Origin: Synechococcus sp.
Lineage (GTDB): Bacteria; Cyanobacteriota; Cyanobacteriia; Thermostichales; PCC-7336
Assembly (NCBI GenBank): GCA_051439605.1
Contig: JBFRWN010000081.1
Location: forward strand, 1-64,000
DNA: 64,000 bases
Reading direction: 5' to 3'
Shown here: in pieces, positions 1 through 10,078 of the stretch
How the letters are laid out: the number at the start of each line of letters is the position of its first letter
Numbering within the stretch: position 1 is the first letter of the stretch
Program-made: the position numbers and the translations under genes
The notes under the pieces: generated by a model
What the model saw: only the letters and a program-made list of their open reading frames with translations
What the model was told of the DNA's origin: nothing
Database searches by the model: none

Positions 1-69
1 GCTGCCAGTGCGAGCTGCGATCGCTCGAGCTTTGTTTGGGAAAACTGAGCTGATGTGAACGTCCTCACA

Positions 70-105
70 CAAGTGGCTCCTGAAATCAATTGCAGGAGCC
101 ACTTG
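70..105. repeat. 13-bp perfect inverted repeat (stem-loop)
   Basis: CAAGTGGCTCCTG-10 nt-CAGGAGCCACTTG. Confidence 0.8.
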
Positions 106-211
106 CCGGCATTATCTGCGCGTCAAAGTAAAGCGAGGAGAACCATCCAATTAATAAAATTTGTCGAGTATGTCGAAGGAAATTGGCCTCGACGACAGAT
201 GGAATCTTTTG

Positions 212-312
212 GGTGACCTGGGTTGACGCGCCTGCGCGAAGCATCCCGTAGTGCTGCTGGCTTCCACCTCTGACACGGTTTGGGCGTCCGAGCTGCACGG
301 ACCCAGGTCACC
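212..312 (-). ncRNA. ffs: Signal recognition particle RNA (4.5S)
   Basis: Minus strand GGTGACCTGGGT...CCGTGTCAGAGGTGGAAGCCAGCAGCACTACGGGATG...ACCCAGGTCACC: 12-bp terminal stem, GGAA tetraloop helix with CAG/AGCAG internal loop; extended -10 TGTTAGGGT immediately upstream. Confidence 0.9.
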
Positions 313-327
313 TACTACCCTAACACC

Positions 328-490
328 ATTGGTGGCGAGCTGAACTGGTAGATAAGTTCTTCTTCCACCCTCAACCGTCATCTAACTGGTGTCGAACCAC
401 GGGTGCAATTCACATACGATGAGCAGAAAAAAAGCAAAGCTGGAAAGTAGGAGTCGTGCTGGGAAACCAAACGTTGCAGGAGCTCAATCC
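328..490 (-). ncRNA. ssrS: Probable 6S RNA (rod-like structured RNA); ends and strand uncertain
   Basis: Nested complementary blocks GAGCT/AGCTC, TGGT/ACCA, TTCCA/TGGAA, TCATC/GATGA around a central bubble; 5' CTGCAACG..GACTC..CAGC resembles cyanobacterial 6S RNAs as I recall them (not verified). Confidence 0.45.
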
Positions 491-624
491 ATCTATCACC
501 CTCATTTACAAAACTTCAGGGACAGAACTGAAGGATTCTACTATTGTGAGGAAAATGCACGGGCTATCTGGGCCGTCGTGTTGACCGATACATCTCATTA
601 CATAACGGATAAGGAAATCGACTT

Positions 625-813
625 ATGGTTGCACGTAAAGATAAAGTGCGCGTTCTAAGAAAAGAGTCCTATTGGTTTCAGGACGTTGGTACAGTCACTT
701 CCATTGATAAATCTGGCATCAAATACCCCGTTATTGTTCGCTTTGAGAAAGTTAACTACTCGGGTATTAACACCAATAACTTTGCAGAAAGTGAACTGGA
801 AGTTATCAGCTAG
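625..813 (+). CDS. psaE: Photosystem I reaction centre subunit IV PsaE
   Basis: [18 protein letters not shown]...[21 protein letters not shown] signature. Confidence 0.98.
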   Translation: MVARKDKVRVLRKESYWFQDVGTVTSIDKSGIKYPVIVRFEKVNYSGINTNNFAESELEVIS

Positions 814-1168
814 TTAACCCATTCGCTAGTTGAGTTCTTGGCTGTTTGACCTAACGTACCATCATCATTTCAATTTGTTCGAACCTGTCGTCCCGAGGCT
901 TTCCTTTGGGGCGACTTTGTTCAAGGAGGTTGTCCCACTATTCAAGTCCGTTTTCTTGAGTCTGCGATTGGTTGGAGTTGAAGTTTCAGGAATGGGTTGG
1001 TCTTGATGACGGTAGTTGCTGTCATGCCAGGGGGCTGGATCGAAGAACGTAAGGCGATCCATTGTAAGGAAACCCTAAGTTGTGCGATCGCCGTTTGCCA
1101 AATCGTGTCGAAACTGAAAAAGCCGCCTATTGTATGTGAAGTCCAGCTGCATGTAACATTAAACGCTG

Positions 1169-2857
1169 ATGTCCGACGCAATCGCCATTTACGACACCAC
1201 CCTGCGGGATGGTGCTCAACAGGAGGGTTTGTCTTTATCCGTACAGGATAAAGTGCGGATTGCGAAACAGCTCGATACTTTAGGGGTTCCGTTTATCGAA
1301 GGGGGGTGGCCCGGCGCGAATCCCAAAGATGTGCAATTTTTCTGGCAGCTCAAAGAAGAACCCCTGCAGCAGGCGGAGGTGGTAGCTTTTTGTTCCACCC
1401 GACGACCGGGGCGCTCGGCGGCAGACGAGCCGATGTACCAGCCGATCTTGGCTGCTGGTACCCGCTACGTGACGGTATTTGGCAAGTCTTGGGATTTGCA
1501 CGTCACCGAGAGTTTGGGCACCTCCCTGGCGGAAAACTTAGCCATGATTCGCGATAGCGTTGGGTATTTGCGATTGCATCAGCGGCGGGTGATTTACGAT
1601 GCAGAGCATTGGTTTGACGCTTACCGGCAAAATGCGGATTATGCACTAGAAACCTTGAAGGCGGCTGCGCAAGCGGGAGCGGAGTGGCTGGTGTTATGCG
1701 ACACCAATGGGGGGATGCTGCCCCACGATATTCATCAAATTACGGTGGAGGTGGGCCACGAACTGCATCATTTTGGGGAAGCCAAGCTGGGCATCCACAC
1801 CCACAACGATTCTGAGACAGCGGTGGCCAATGCGATCGCAGCTGTGCAGGCGGGGGCAACCATGGTGCAAGGCACCATCAATGGGTATGGCGAACGGTGT
1901 GGCAATGCCAATCTCTGTAGCTTGATTCCCAACCTACAACTCAAGTTGGGGTATACCTGTCTGCCTGCCGATCGCTTGAGTTGGCTGACGGAAACATCGC
2001 GCACGGTGGGTGAAATTGCCAATCAAACGCCGATGGATCGGGCTCCGTTTGTGGGGCGATCGGCCTTTGCCCACAAGGGGGGAATTCACGTCAGTGCCGT
2101 CCAAAAAAATCCCCTGACTTACGAACATATTCAGCCGGAATTGGTGGGCAATCAGCGCAAAATTGTCATTTCCGAACAGGCGGGATTAAGTAACGTACTG
2201 GCAAAAGTGAGTCGCTTTGGTATCGATCTGGATAAAGCCGATCCGAAGGTGCGCCTCATTCTACAGAATCTCAAGCAATTGGAATGTGACGGCTATCAAT
2301 TTGAGGGGGCAGAGGCCAGCTTTGAGCTGCTCGTGCGATCGCATTTGGGACTGCGGCCAAAACCGTTCGAGCTACTCGATTTCCACGTCCATTGTTCCAC
2401 CCAGCCACGAGCTAGCCAGACTGCGTTGAACTATCCAGAAACCACGATTAACTCCATTGCTACTGTCAAGGTGTCCGTGGGGGATCAGCAGCGTATCGCA
2501 GCCGCAGAGGGAAACGGTCCGGTTGCCGCTTTAGACACAGCCCTGAGACAGGTTTTGCAAGAGTTTTATCCCGATATTGAACGGTTTAATTTGGCGGATT
2601 ACAAGGTGAGAATTTTAGATAGTGCCAGCGGGACGTCGGCCCGCACGCGGGTGCTGGTGGAGTTTAGCCATCGTGACGGGCATTTGCCAGCAACGGGGGA
2701 TTGGTGCTGGGCCACTGTGGGGGTGTCTGGCAACATCATCGAAGCCTCTTATCAAGCTTTAGCGGATGGCTACGAATATGGCCTGCTCAAGACTGCCAAT
2801 TGGTCAGAACAGCAGGCACCTGGCGATCGTTCCCTGCCTTCTTCTGCCTCTGCTTGA
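1169..2857 (+). CDS. cimA: Citramalate synthase (alpha-IPM/homocitrate synthase family)
   Basis: YDTTLRDGAQQEG, IEGGWPGANPKD, HTHND, GERCGNA, FAHKGGIH; LeuA-type regulatory C-terminus. Confidence 0.92.
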   Translation: MSDAIAIYDTTLRDGAQQEGLSLSVQDKVRIAKQLDTLGVPFIEGGWPGANPKDVQFFWQLKEEPLQQAEVVAFCSTRRPGRSAADEPMYQPILAAGTRYVTVFGKSWDLHVTESLGTSLAENLAMIRDSVGYLRLHQRRVIYDAEHWFDAYRQNADYALETLKAAAQAGAEWLVLCDTNGGMLPHDIHQITVEVGHELHHFGEAKLGIHTHNDSETAVANAIAAVQAGATMVQGTINGYGERCGNANLCSLIPNLQLKLGYTCLPADRLSWLTETSRTVGEIANQTPMDRAPFVGRSAFAHKGGIHVSAVQKNPLTYEHIQPELVGNQRKIVISEQAGLSNVLAKVSRFGIDLDKADPKVRLILQNLKQLECDGYQFEGAEASFELLVRSHLGLRPKPFELLDFHVHCSTQPRASQTALNYPETTINSIATVKVSVGDQQRIAAAEGNGPVAALDTALRQVLQEFYPDIERFNLADYKVRILDSASGTSARTRVLVEFSHRDGHLPATGDWCWATVGVSGNIIEASYQALADGYEYGLLKTANWSEQQAPGDRSLPSSASA

Positions 2858-2999
2858 ACGGGAAATATTTCACTATGTTTCGGGATTTCTAGAAATCTAA
2901 AAATAAACGATTGGTACTTAGAAAATCTCGAAAACTGTGTCTCTTCCCAAGCGAAAGCGTACCGCAATGGTTAAGATAAGCCCTGTGTGGTGTGATTAG

Positions 3000-4424
3000 G
3001 TGGTCAGCTTGAGTCAACGAAACTCTTCATCCAATATCTCGTCGTTGAATGATTCTGGTGTTAACAAGTCTTTGGGCGGCTCTCTAGAGCCGACACAATC
3101 AACTGGATCTCGGAATCAGGCTCTATATATCGAGGGTGGGCACAAACTCTCCGGTCATGCGGTGGTCAGTGGTGCCAAAAATTCTGCCTTGGCTTTGATG
3201 GCTGGGGCGTTACTGTCTCCAGAACCGTGCCGTTTGAACAACGTTCCCCGCCTAGTGGATATTCAGCGAATGGGGGAAATTTTGGCGTCTATGGGGGTGA
3301 AGGTGTCCCATTTCGGCCACACTCTGGAGCTGGACGCCTCGCAACTAACGACCTGCCATGCTCCCTACGAGCTGGTCAGTCAACTACGGGCTAGCTTCTT
3401 TGCCATTGGTTCGATGCTAGTGAGGCGTGGGGTGGCTCGAATTCCTTTGCCCGGAGGATGTGCCATTGGTACTCGACCGGTGGATTTGCACGTGCGGGGC
3501 TTGCAGCAGTTAGGGGCTACTGTCCAAATTGATGGTGGCATCGTCAACGCTCGCGCCAAAAAATTAGTGGGCACACGCATCTATTTTGATTACCCCAGTG
3601 TGGGAGCCACTGAAACCCTAATGATGGCAGCTGTCGGGGCAGAAGGGGAAACCGTTCTGGAAAATGCAGCCCAAGAGCCAGAGGTGGTGGATCTTGCAGA
3701 TTTTCTGCGAGCGATGGGCGCAAATATTCGAGGGGCTGGGACCAACACAATTACGATTGTGGGACCCACTCCGCTGCATGGGACAAACTATACGGTAATG
3801 CCCGATCGCATTGAGGCTGGCACGTTATTGATTGCTGCTGCCGCCACGAATTCCACAATCACCGTTGGCCCCGTGGTTCCCGATCATCTGTCTGCCATTA
3901 CTGCCAAGCTGGAGGAGATGGGGTTGCAGATTACGGAGGTGGCCGCCGATTGCCTGCAAATTTCCCCCGGCCAGTTTCAGCGGGCGGTGGACGTAGAAAC
4001 CTTGCCCTATCCGGGCTTTCCCACCGATATGCAAGCCCAGATGATGGTTCTATCTGCCCTCAGCGAAGGGGACTGTGCTATTGCCGAAACGGTGTTTGAA
4101 AATCGCCTCAACCATGTCCCTGAACTGAACCGCATGGGGGCAGATATTCGCGTCAGAAAAGGGGTCGCGCTGGTGCGCGGTGTACCGACCTTGTCAGGGG
4201 CTCCGGTGGCCTCTACTGACCTAAGGGCAGCAGCAGCCCTCGTCATTGCGGGATTGTCGGCACAGGGAATTACGACTGTCCAAAACCTCAAACATCTCGA
4301 TCGCGGTTACGAAGATTTGGAAGGAAAATTGCGCCAGCTTGGGGCTCGTCTAGAGCGTTCTAGTGAGGGTTGCCCTTTTTCGGCTGAGCCGCTTTCTGCG
4401 ACATTAGCGGTTAAAGCTCTGTAG
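3000..4424 (+). CDS. murA: UDP-N-acetylglucosamine 1-carboxyvinyltransferase
   Basis: [45 protein letters not shown]. Confidence 0.98.
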   Translation: MVSLSQRNSSSNISSLNDSGVNKSLGGSLEPTQSTGSRNQALYIEGGHKLSGHAVVSGAKNSALALMAGALLSPEPCRLNNVPRLVDIQRMGEILASMGVKVSHFGHTLELDASQLTTCHAPYELVSQLRASFFAIGSMLVRRGVARIPLPGGCAIGTRPVDLHVRGLQQLGATVQIDGGIVNARAKKLVGTRIYFDYPSVGATETLMMAAVGAEGETVLENAAQEPEVVDLADFLRAMGANIRGAGTNTITIVGPTPLHGTNYTVMPDRIEAGTLLIAAAATNSTITVGPVVPDHLSAITAKLEEMGLQITEVAADCLQISPGQFQRAVDVETLPYPGFPTDMQAQMMVLSALSEGDCAIAETVFENRLNHVPELNRMGADIRVRKGVALVRGVPTLSGAPVASTDLRAAAALVIAGLSAQGITTVQNLKHLDRGYEDLEGKLRQLGARLERSSEGCPFSAEPLSATLAVKAL

Positions 4425-4488
4425 CAGCTGTTTTAGAGAATCCTTGCGTTGATTACCGTGCAGGAGAATACCTGGCACGGTTTTTTGC

Positions 4489-4968
4489 CTAGAAAGCTGA
4501 GGGTTTGGAGGCACTGTCTTGTTCGGCGATCGCTTTAAGTCGCTGCAGTTGCGCTTGCATATCCCGTTGTGTGAGCTTGGCGGCTACCAAGTTAAAGCCA
4601 AACTCCACGAAGGGATTGGGAATCTCAAACGTAAAAGTGTTCACGAGGTGGGTGCCAGACCCTTTCCCGTGAATATTTTGGGGCAGGCATTCCCAGCGAT
4701 CGGTGCCGTTGAAAAAGCCCTCAAACGACCATACCACCAGCCCTGGCTGACGCTCCCTGACAGTGCAGTCCAGGGTTGGGTTGAGTAGCGGTACTTGAAT
4801 CGCAAACCGAAACTGGCTGTCCACCTCCACCGACCAATCCCCTGCAGACTCGCATTTCAGGAGGGGGTTCAGCCATGCAGGCATTGTTTCTGGACTGACG
4901 ATACAGCGATCGACTGTCTCAGGTGGGGCAGCGATATCCACTGACTGAGTGAAGGTGCGTTGGGTCAT
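4489..4968 (-). CDS. SRPBCC / polyketide cyclase-dehydrase family protein
   Basis: 159 aa; SVDIAAPPETV start, WSFEGFFNGTDRWEC, C-terminal LQRLKAIAE helix. Confidence 0.8.
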   Translation of the reverse strand: MTQRTFTQSVDIAAPPETVDRCIVSPETMPAWLNPLLKCESAGDWSVEVDSQFRFAIQVPLLNPTLDCTVRERQPGLVVWSFEGFFNGTDRWECLPQNIHGKGSGTHLVNTFTFEIPNPFVEFGFNLVAAKLTQRDMQAQLQRLKAIAEQDSASKPSAF

Positions 4969-5069
4969 GGGTTATCTGTCTGGCTTATTTTTGCTACCTT
5001 GTCTCTTGGTTTGGGTCTGTGATGGTTGGCCAATATTGCTGGGGATTGCGCAGGTGCGGTCAACTGGAT

Positions 5070-5759
5070 CTACACGCGTAACTGAGTTACAGAAATGTTG
5101 CCGCTAAAGCAAACTTCAGTGTCTGCTCCTGCATCTCGCTGGCGATCGGTGTAGCGACCGCTGTAGTGATAGAGATTGCCCTCCACGTGAAAGTCGATCG
5201 GTAGGGGTTGTCGGCAGGGGGTGCAAAACACCAGTTGAGGATCGCGATCGCCCGATTCCACATGGGGTAAGTTGACGTTCCAAAATTCCCCCGCAGCCAG
5301 CGGGCGGGCCAGCAGGTTGGCGATCGTCATCGCTGCCATCTTGGCCGCCCGTTCCCAATTGATGTCGCAGCCCGCTTTTTTGTATTGCGAAATGGCAATG
5401 CCGGGAATGCCCTGTAGGGCAGCTTCCCTGACTGCTGCTACCGTACCGGACATGTACACATCTGACCCCAGATTCCCTCCTGCGTTAATGCCAGAGAGTA
5501 CCACCTGGGTTGTGGGATAGAGATGCTTGAGCCCCAAGCGGACGCAGTCGGCTGGGCTACCGCTGGTGGAAAATTGCTGCTTGGATCGTTCCTGCACCGC
5601 AACTGCTTGGGTGGTGGTGACGGTATGCCCGCAGCCGGACCACTGGTGATCGGGTGCAACAATGGTTCCGTCTCCGGCAATCACCGTCCACAGTGCTTGA
5701 ATTCCAGGGGCGTCAAAGCCATCGTCGTTGGTGAGCAAAAACATTGCGAAATCCTTCAT
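5070..5759 (-). CDS. surE: 5'/3'-nucleotidase SurE
   Basis: LLTNDDG..APGI, GSPADCV, VLSGINAGGNLG, SGTVAAVREA; start at 5759 or 5744. Confidence 0.93.
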   Translation of the reverse strand: MKDFAMFLLTNDDGFDAPGIQALWTVIAGDGTIVAPDHQWSGCGHTVTTTQAVAVQERSKQQFSTSGSPADCVRLGLKHLYPTTQVVLSGINAGGNLGSDVYMSGTVAAVREAALQGIPGIAISQYKKAGCDINWERAAKMAAMTIANLLARPLAAGEFWNVNLPHVESGDRDPQLVFCTPCRQPLPIDFHVEGNLYHYSGRYTDRQRDAGADTEVCFSGNISVTQLRV

Positions 5760-6075
5760 CCGATCGCCGTTCTCTGGGGGGCGGTATCGGTGCGCTTCCA
5801 CAATATAGCCTTGTGGGTCACATCTCGGGACAGCGCTCGTTCAGGATTGATAGGTCGATCCACCACCCTGCGGGGTGCTACATCGTGGCGTCTGAACCGA
5901 GGGGGGGTTAGGCCACCATGCTTGGGTCAATCGCCGACGTGATAAGACTGCGGCTGTTGGCGTCTCAAGATCGTTCAACGATGGTCAGTCCTTATTCTGC
6001 AAATATTGATGAACTCCTTGAATCTTTACGATGCAAAGCTTCGCAAAGCTATGTTGCCCGACTATCATAAAAGAA

Positions 6076-6144
6076 GCGGAGACTTTTGTTTCCGTTCACT
6101 CCTCACACCTTTTCCCGCTTGACGTGTAGTCAAGCGGTTTTTTT
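6076..6144 (+). ncRNA. yfr1: Yfr1 small RNA
   Basis: Invariant ACTCCTCACAC between 5' hairpin GCGGAGAC/GTTTCCGT and terminator CCGCTTGAC/GTCAAGCGG-T7; -10 TATCAT at 6063-6068. Confidence 0.93.
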
Positions 6145-6298
6145 ATGAAATATCAAGAATCATATTTAACCAGTCATGCAGAGTCAGAGAGTTCTCCGAT
6201 GGCGCAGATCTTAGAAGTGCGGGCCAGCCTGCAGTTTCGGCAGTAGATTAGTAACTGTGTGTTGGAGTCCCTACGTTCGTGAGAACCTCGAGGACCAC

Positions 6299-6601
6299 AT
6301 GACCCATCCATCGCAACAGTTGGTCGCCCTCGCCCGTCATTTTTATCAGCGATACGTCTCCACCTGTCCCCCCGATCGGTGTAAGCAACCATTGGGGGTA
6401 GCGGTTGATCGCCGCAATAGTCGCTGCAGTTTGATTTTCAAAGCACGATCTGCCCTGTTGATGCATGAAATTGTGATTCCACTCGAGATGATTCAAGGGG
6501 AATCCGACCGGGCTGATCCTGATACCCATCCTGCTCAAGCAAGCATTCGTCTTGCTGCTTTCGGTCTGGGTTCCGCGATTGCCGATGAAAATCGTCCGTA
6601 A
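6299..6601 (+). CDS. Conserved cyanobacterial hypothetical protein
   Basis: LARHFYQRY...PLGVAVDR...LIF...LL.HE..IP pattern resembles a small cyanobacterial family; RBS GAGGA before ATG 6299. Confidence 0.65.
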   Translation: MTHPSQQLVALARHFYQRYVSTCPPDRCKQPLGVAVDRRNSRCSLIFKARSALLMHEIVIPLEMIQGESDRADPDTHPAQASIRLAAFGLGSAIADENRP

Positions 6602-8138
6602 AAGCAAGCCCGGCCAACCACCAATCTTAGTCGGGGAATCAGCGTCTGGGGAACGGGTCGAGGAAGACGAATATTTGCTCGATCGCTGGTATGCCAATCA
6701 TTATTCTGCTGGCGAAGATTTTTCTGGTGTCATTTTGGCTGATGGCGATATTTCCATTGGCCGTCGCCACTATGGCTCCCTGAATGGGGCGGTGGCGCAG
6801 GTTTTGAAAACGTTGCGCCAGCGGCAACTGTGGATTGCCTGTGAATGCCAACAGGTGGAAGGGCAGTTGCGACCGCTGTTATGTCCGGTGCAACTGGACA
6901 GTTGGGGATACCGCTATTCCTTTCGTCGAATTCGCAACCACGTTCCCCACCATCCCGCTTGTATTTTTCATACGCCTGGCAGGTTAGAAGAACGTTTTGC
7001 CTTTGATGTGGAGAGTATTGAGCCAGATAGTCGCGATTTGCATATCGGCAGCCAGAATTTTGAACCCGACGGGGGACAGGCTGCTAAAAAGATCCATGCT
7101 CTGCGGCCATTAGCTGCCAACACCAGCTTCGCGATCGATGTAGCTGACACCGAGTCTGTCACCCTGGCCATGCAGGTTACTCCTCCAGACCGTCTCAATA
7201 GGGGGCATCAGGCTGGTAGACAAGCGCGACCCAAGCTAGCTCGGATGCTGTTTACGCTCTTGGAGGAGGCCCACCTGCAGACGATCGCGCCAGGCTGGTG
7301 GAAACATCGCAATTACGCCCATCGCCAGCTCCACAGCCTGCTGAAAACAAAGCGATCTATCATCAATCGCATTCCCCTCAAGCATTACCTCACTACCCAA
7401 CCCCAAGCGATTGTCAGAGGATGTCGCAAGCTAGAAACTCTAGCGCAGGCGGGAAAGGGTAACTGGCCCCCCAATGTCAAACCGCAGGCATTTTTTTCTG
7501 GCATTGTCTCCGATGTGAATCTGACGGAACGTACCCTGACTTGCTCCGGACATCCCTCAGCACTGTTGTTGGAGGAGCCCCCCATTTGTTTTGCCCCGCC
7601 CCACGGTCACCCCAGTGGCCCCTTTTGGGCGATGGCCCATTTAGGGGAGAGCCTGCTGCAACCAGGACGCTACGTGCTGCGGCAAGCTTATCTGCATCCC
7701 GTATTTAGCCAGTCGTTGCTGGTACCGGTGGATAGCGATGCGGAACGACAAACGCTTGAGTTGCTGCTGACCGTGCAAAAGACTCTGCATGGGGAGGGGA
7801 TAGCAATCGCCATTACCAAGCCCCTTCACGATCTGATGACCGAGGCGGGGGAGCCCTACCGACCGGATTTTGTGCTCTACCCATACCGGCGCGGAGCGCT
7901 GATACAGCCGGGACATTGTTTAGTGTTGGAAACAATGGGATTTGCCGATGCAGACTATCGCGATCGCAAAGCCAGAACCCACCAACGCATGCAGGAGTTA
8001 GGCGAGGTGATGGCGCTTGATTTCAGTCGAAGGGTGACGGGCGATCTACTGCAGGAGTATCAGTTTGCAATCCTGAATGCCTGCGAGAAGTTGAGTAAGC
8101 GGCCCATTCTAAAGCGTTCTTTTACGAAAGCTCGCTAG
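6585..8138 (+). CDS. DUF1173-like protein: Zn-binding domain plus C-terminal PD-(D/E)xK-type nuclease
   Basis: WIACEC...PLL...HHPAC motif; PVDSDAER, RPDFVL, LVLETMGF..DY..RK. Confidence 0.65.
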   Translation: MKIVRKSKPGQPPILVGESASGERVEEDEYLLDRWYANHYSAGEDFSGVILADGDISIGRRHYGSLNGAVAQVLKTLRQRQLWIACECQQVEGQLRPLLCPVQLDSWGYRYSFRRIRNHVPHHPACIFHTPGRLEERFAFDVESIEPDSRDLHIGSQNFEPDGGQAAKKIHALRPLAANTSFAIDVADTESVTLAMQVTPPDRLNRGHQAGRQARPKLARMLFTLLEEAHLQTIAPGWWKHRNYAHRQLHSLLKTKRSIINRIPLKHYLTTQPQAIVRGCRKLETLAQAGKGNWPPNVKPQAFFSGIVSDVNLTERTLTCSGHPSALLLEEPPICFAPPHGHPSGPFWAMAHLGESLLQPGRYVLRQAYLHPVFSQSLLVPVDSDAERQTLELLLTVQKTLHGEGIAIAITKPLHDLMTEAGEPYRPDFVLYPYRRGALIQPGHCLVLETMGFADADYRDRKARTHQRMQELGEVMALDFSRRVTGDLLQEYQFAILNACEKLSKRPILKRSFTKAR

Positions 8139-8911
8139 GCTGGCGGGATGTTCGACCGCTGCCGCCACAGGCTAATGCCCAGCACAGCAACATTAATGGA
8201 CACCAAGACAAGGGCGGCGATCGATAGTTCTGGGTAGGCATTTTGCTGGCGCACGGCGATCGCCACAAGTCCCCACACAAACACTGCCATATAAGCCACG
8301 TCTCGACGCTCGATCGCTAGGATGGCAGCGACAATGGCGGCTAACACCATGGCGATGGTGGTCCAGAGAACGGGGGATGGGAATCCACCGGACCAGCCCA
8401 ACGAGGTGAGGGCGATCGCCACGTTCAAGATGGTGGCCAGTCCCAACCACGAGAGGTAAATGCTGATGGGCTGGTTCACTAACCACTTCTGTTGAGGGGA
8501 GGGAGTCACTTTCCCAATCCGCAAGCGCTGGTAGGTAGCCATCAGCGGGAAGAGAATGGCCAACATGAATAGGAGTGAAAAGCTGAACCAGCGCATCAGA
8601 AATACAATCACCCAGCCAATTTGGGCGATGCTGCTAGCCACCAGTAGCCAGCCGATACGTCGCAGTTGAGGATTTTCCCGCTGGGTGGGGCGCGCCTGAA
8701 AAAAGGCAAAGATGAGGAGCCCCAGGAAAATGACACCCCACACCGAGAAGGCATAGCTGGCCGGAGTAATCAGGACATCCGCAAAAAACTGATTGGAGAT
8801 GGCACCGATGCTGAGGCCCTTGAGGGGAATGACATTGGCCAAGATATTGGCGCTAAAGGAAGCCCAAATGGCCACCATCGTGGCCCACTGGCGAACGAGA
8901 TCGCGGTTCAT
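8135..8911 (-). CDS. Tryptophan-rich sensory protein (TspO/MBR-like) membrane protein
   Basis: ITPASYAFSVWGVI, PISIYLSWLGLATILN, multiple TM helices. Confidence 0.8.
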   Translation of the reverse strand: MNRDLVRQWATMVAIWASFSANILANVIPLKGLSIGAISNQFFADVLITPASYAFSVWGVIFLGLLIFAFFQARPTQRENPQLRRIGWLLVASSIAQIGWVIVFLMRWFSFSLLFMLAILFPLMATYQRLRIGKVTPSPQQKWLVNQPISIYLSWLGLATILNVAIALTSLGWSGGFPSPVLWTTIAMVLAAIVAAILAIERRDVAYMAVFVWGLVAIAVRQQNAYPELSIAALVLVSINVAVLGISLWRQRSNIPPA

Positions 8912-9093
8912 ACGGATATCACTTGTGCGAGTTCCCTATGTTGGTTGTACCCCGCTGAGGGAACAACGGGGCGGCAATTGCTTGTCAGCAAGGTTCATCC
9001 GCCAAAGCCGGTATGGCTCTGAACTAGAGTATGGAAGGGTCGAACTCAAGCTCTGCTGCTTGCTCTGTCCTGTCCTTGCTGTGTTGTTGAATC

Positions 9094-9507
9094 ATGCCTG
9101 CCATTTCCCCTAGCTACTGGCCGATTGCCCAGTTACCCGGCCTGAAAGCGATCGAGATAAGCGGCTTGCAGCAGGCGGGGATTGAGACGACGCAAGATTT
9201 ATTGCGCTTGGGACCGAGTCGCGATCTTCGGCAAAAATTAGCGGCTGAACTCAAACACAAGGTGGAGCGGGTGAACCGCTGGATGGCGATGGCCGATTTG
9301 GCCCGCGTACCGACGGTGGGCTGTATCTACTGCGGTCTCCTTCTCCATTCAGGCATTATCTCTGTTCGCCAACTAGCCGAATGTGCTGCCCACCGCTTAC
9401 ATCAACAGGTGAGAAGAATGCATGTGGCGACTCTGAGAAATGCCCGAGACTGTCCCTCGATCGCAGATGTCAGCCAATGGATTGCTCAGGCCAAGCAACT
9501 GGTGTAA
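9094..9507 (+). CDS. DUF4332 domain protein (helix-hairpin-helix-like)
   Basis: WPIAQLPG, L..AGI.TT.DLL, W.AMADLARVP.VG..YCGLLLHSGI.SV.QLA. Confidence 0.8.
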   Translation: MPAISPSYWPIAQLPGLKAIEISGLQQAGIETTQDLLRLGPSRDLRQKLAAELKHKVERVNRWMAMADLARVPTVGCIYCGLLLHSGIISVRQLAECAAHRLHQQVRRMHVATLRNARDCPSIADVSQWIAQAKQLV

Positions 9508-9508
9508 A

Positions 9509-10042
9509 TCAGGAGAATAGACTTGGTGTTCCCCGATCGGAGGTAGCCAAAGCAGGCATCCAGGGCAAGTCAGTGATACCAGGCTCGTATCCCAGTTGCT
9601 TAATCAAGGTGGTCAGTTGACCGCGGTGGTGGGTTTGGTGGTTGAACATATGGGTGACTAGTACCCAGGTGGGTAAGACTCGGGTTTCCTCATAGATATT
9701 GCTGGTGTAGGTAAACGGCTGCTGCAGCCAGTCATCCTCTAGCCGATCGCACCAGGCCAAGATCTCTCGATCGGTGCGGTCCTGCTGCTGCCACAACTCG
9801 TTGAAATCTGCGTATAGCTCTTCGCCGATCGGTCGCCCAAAGGGCTGGCCCGTAAAGCGTTCCATCCAAGCACGATCGCCAAACAGAATATGGTTTAGTG
9901 TGTCGTGAACGGATTTGAAAAACGCCCCCTGGTCTTTGCGGCGATCGGCCTCCGGAATGGTGGCGCACACCCGATAGAGCTTTTGATTCATCCAATGGCT
10001 GTATGCCGCCATCAGCTGGCAATAGGCTTTATCGATGCTCAT
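9509..10042 (-). CDS. DinB family protein
   Basis: FFKSVHDTLNHILFGD..W, HMFNHQTHHRGQLT. Confidence 0.92.
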   Translation of the reverse strand: MSIDKAYCQLMAAYSHWMNQKLYRVCATIPEADRRKDQGAFFKSVHDTLNHILFGDRAWMERFTGQPFGRPIGEELYADFNELWQQQDRTDREILAWCDRLEDDWLQQPFTYTSNIYEETRVLPTWVLVTHMFNHQTHHRGQLTTLIKQLGYEPGITDLPWMPALATSDRGTPSLFS

Positions 10043-10078
10043 GTCACCTCACTTGGGGCTGGGAACTGATGATGGCTC

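Noticed and set aside
86..658. Several 60-90 aa ORFs at the left end
   Set aside because: They overlap the SRP RNA, the 6S-like region and the psaE promoter, and have no protein-like features
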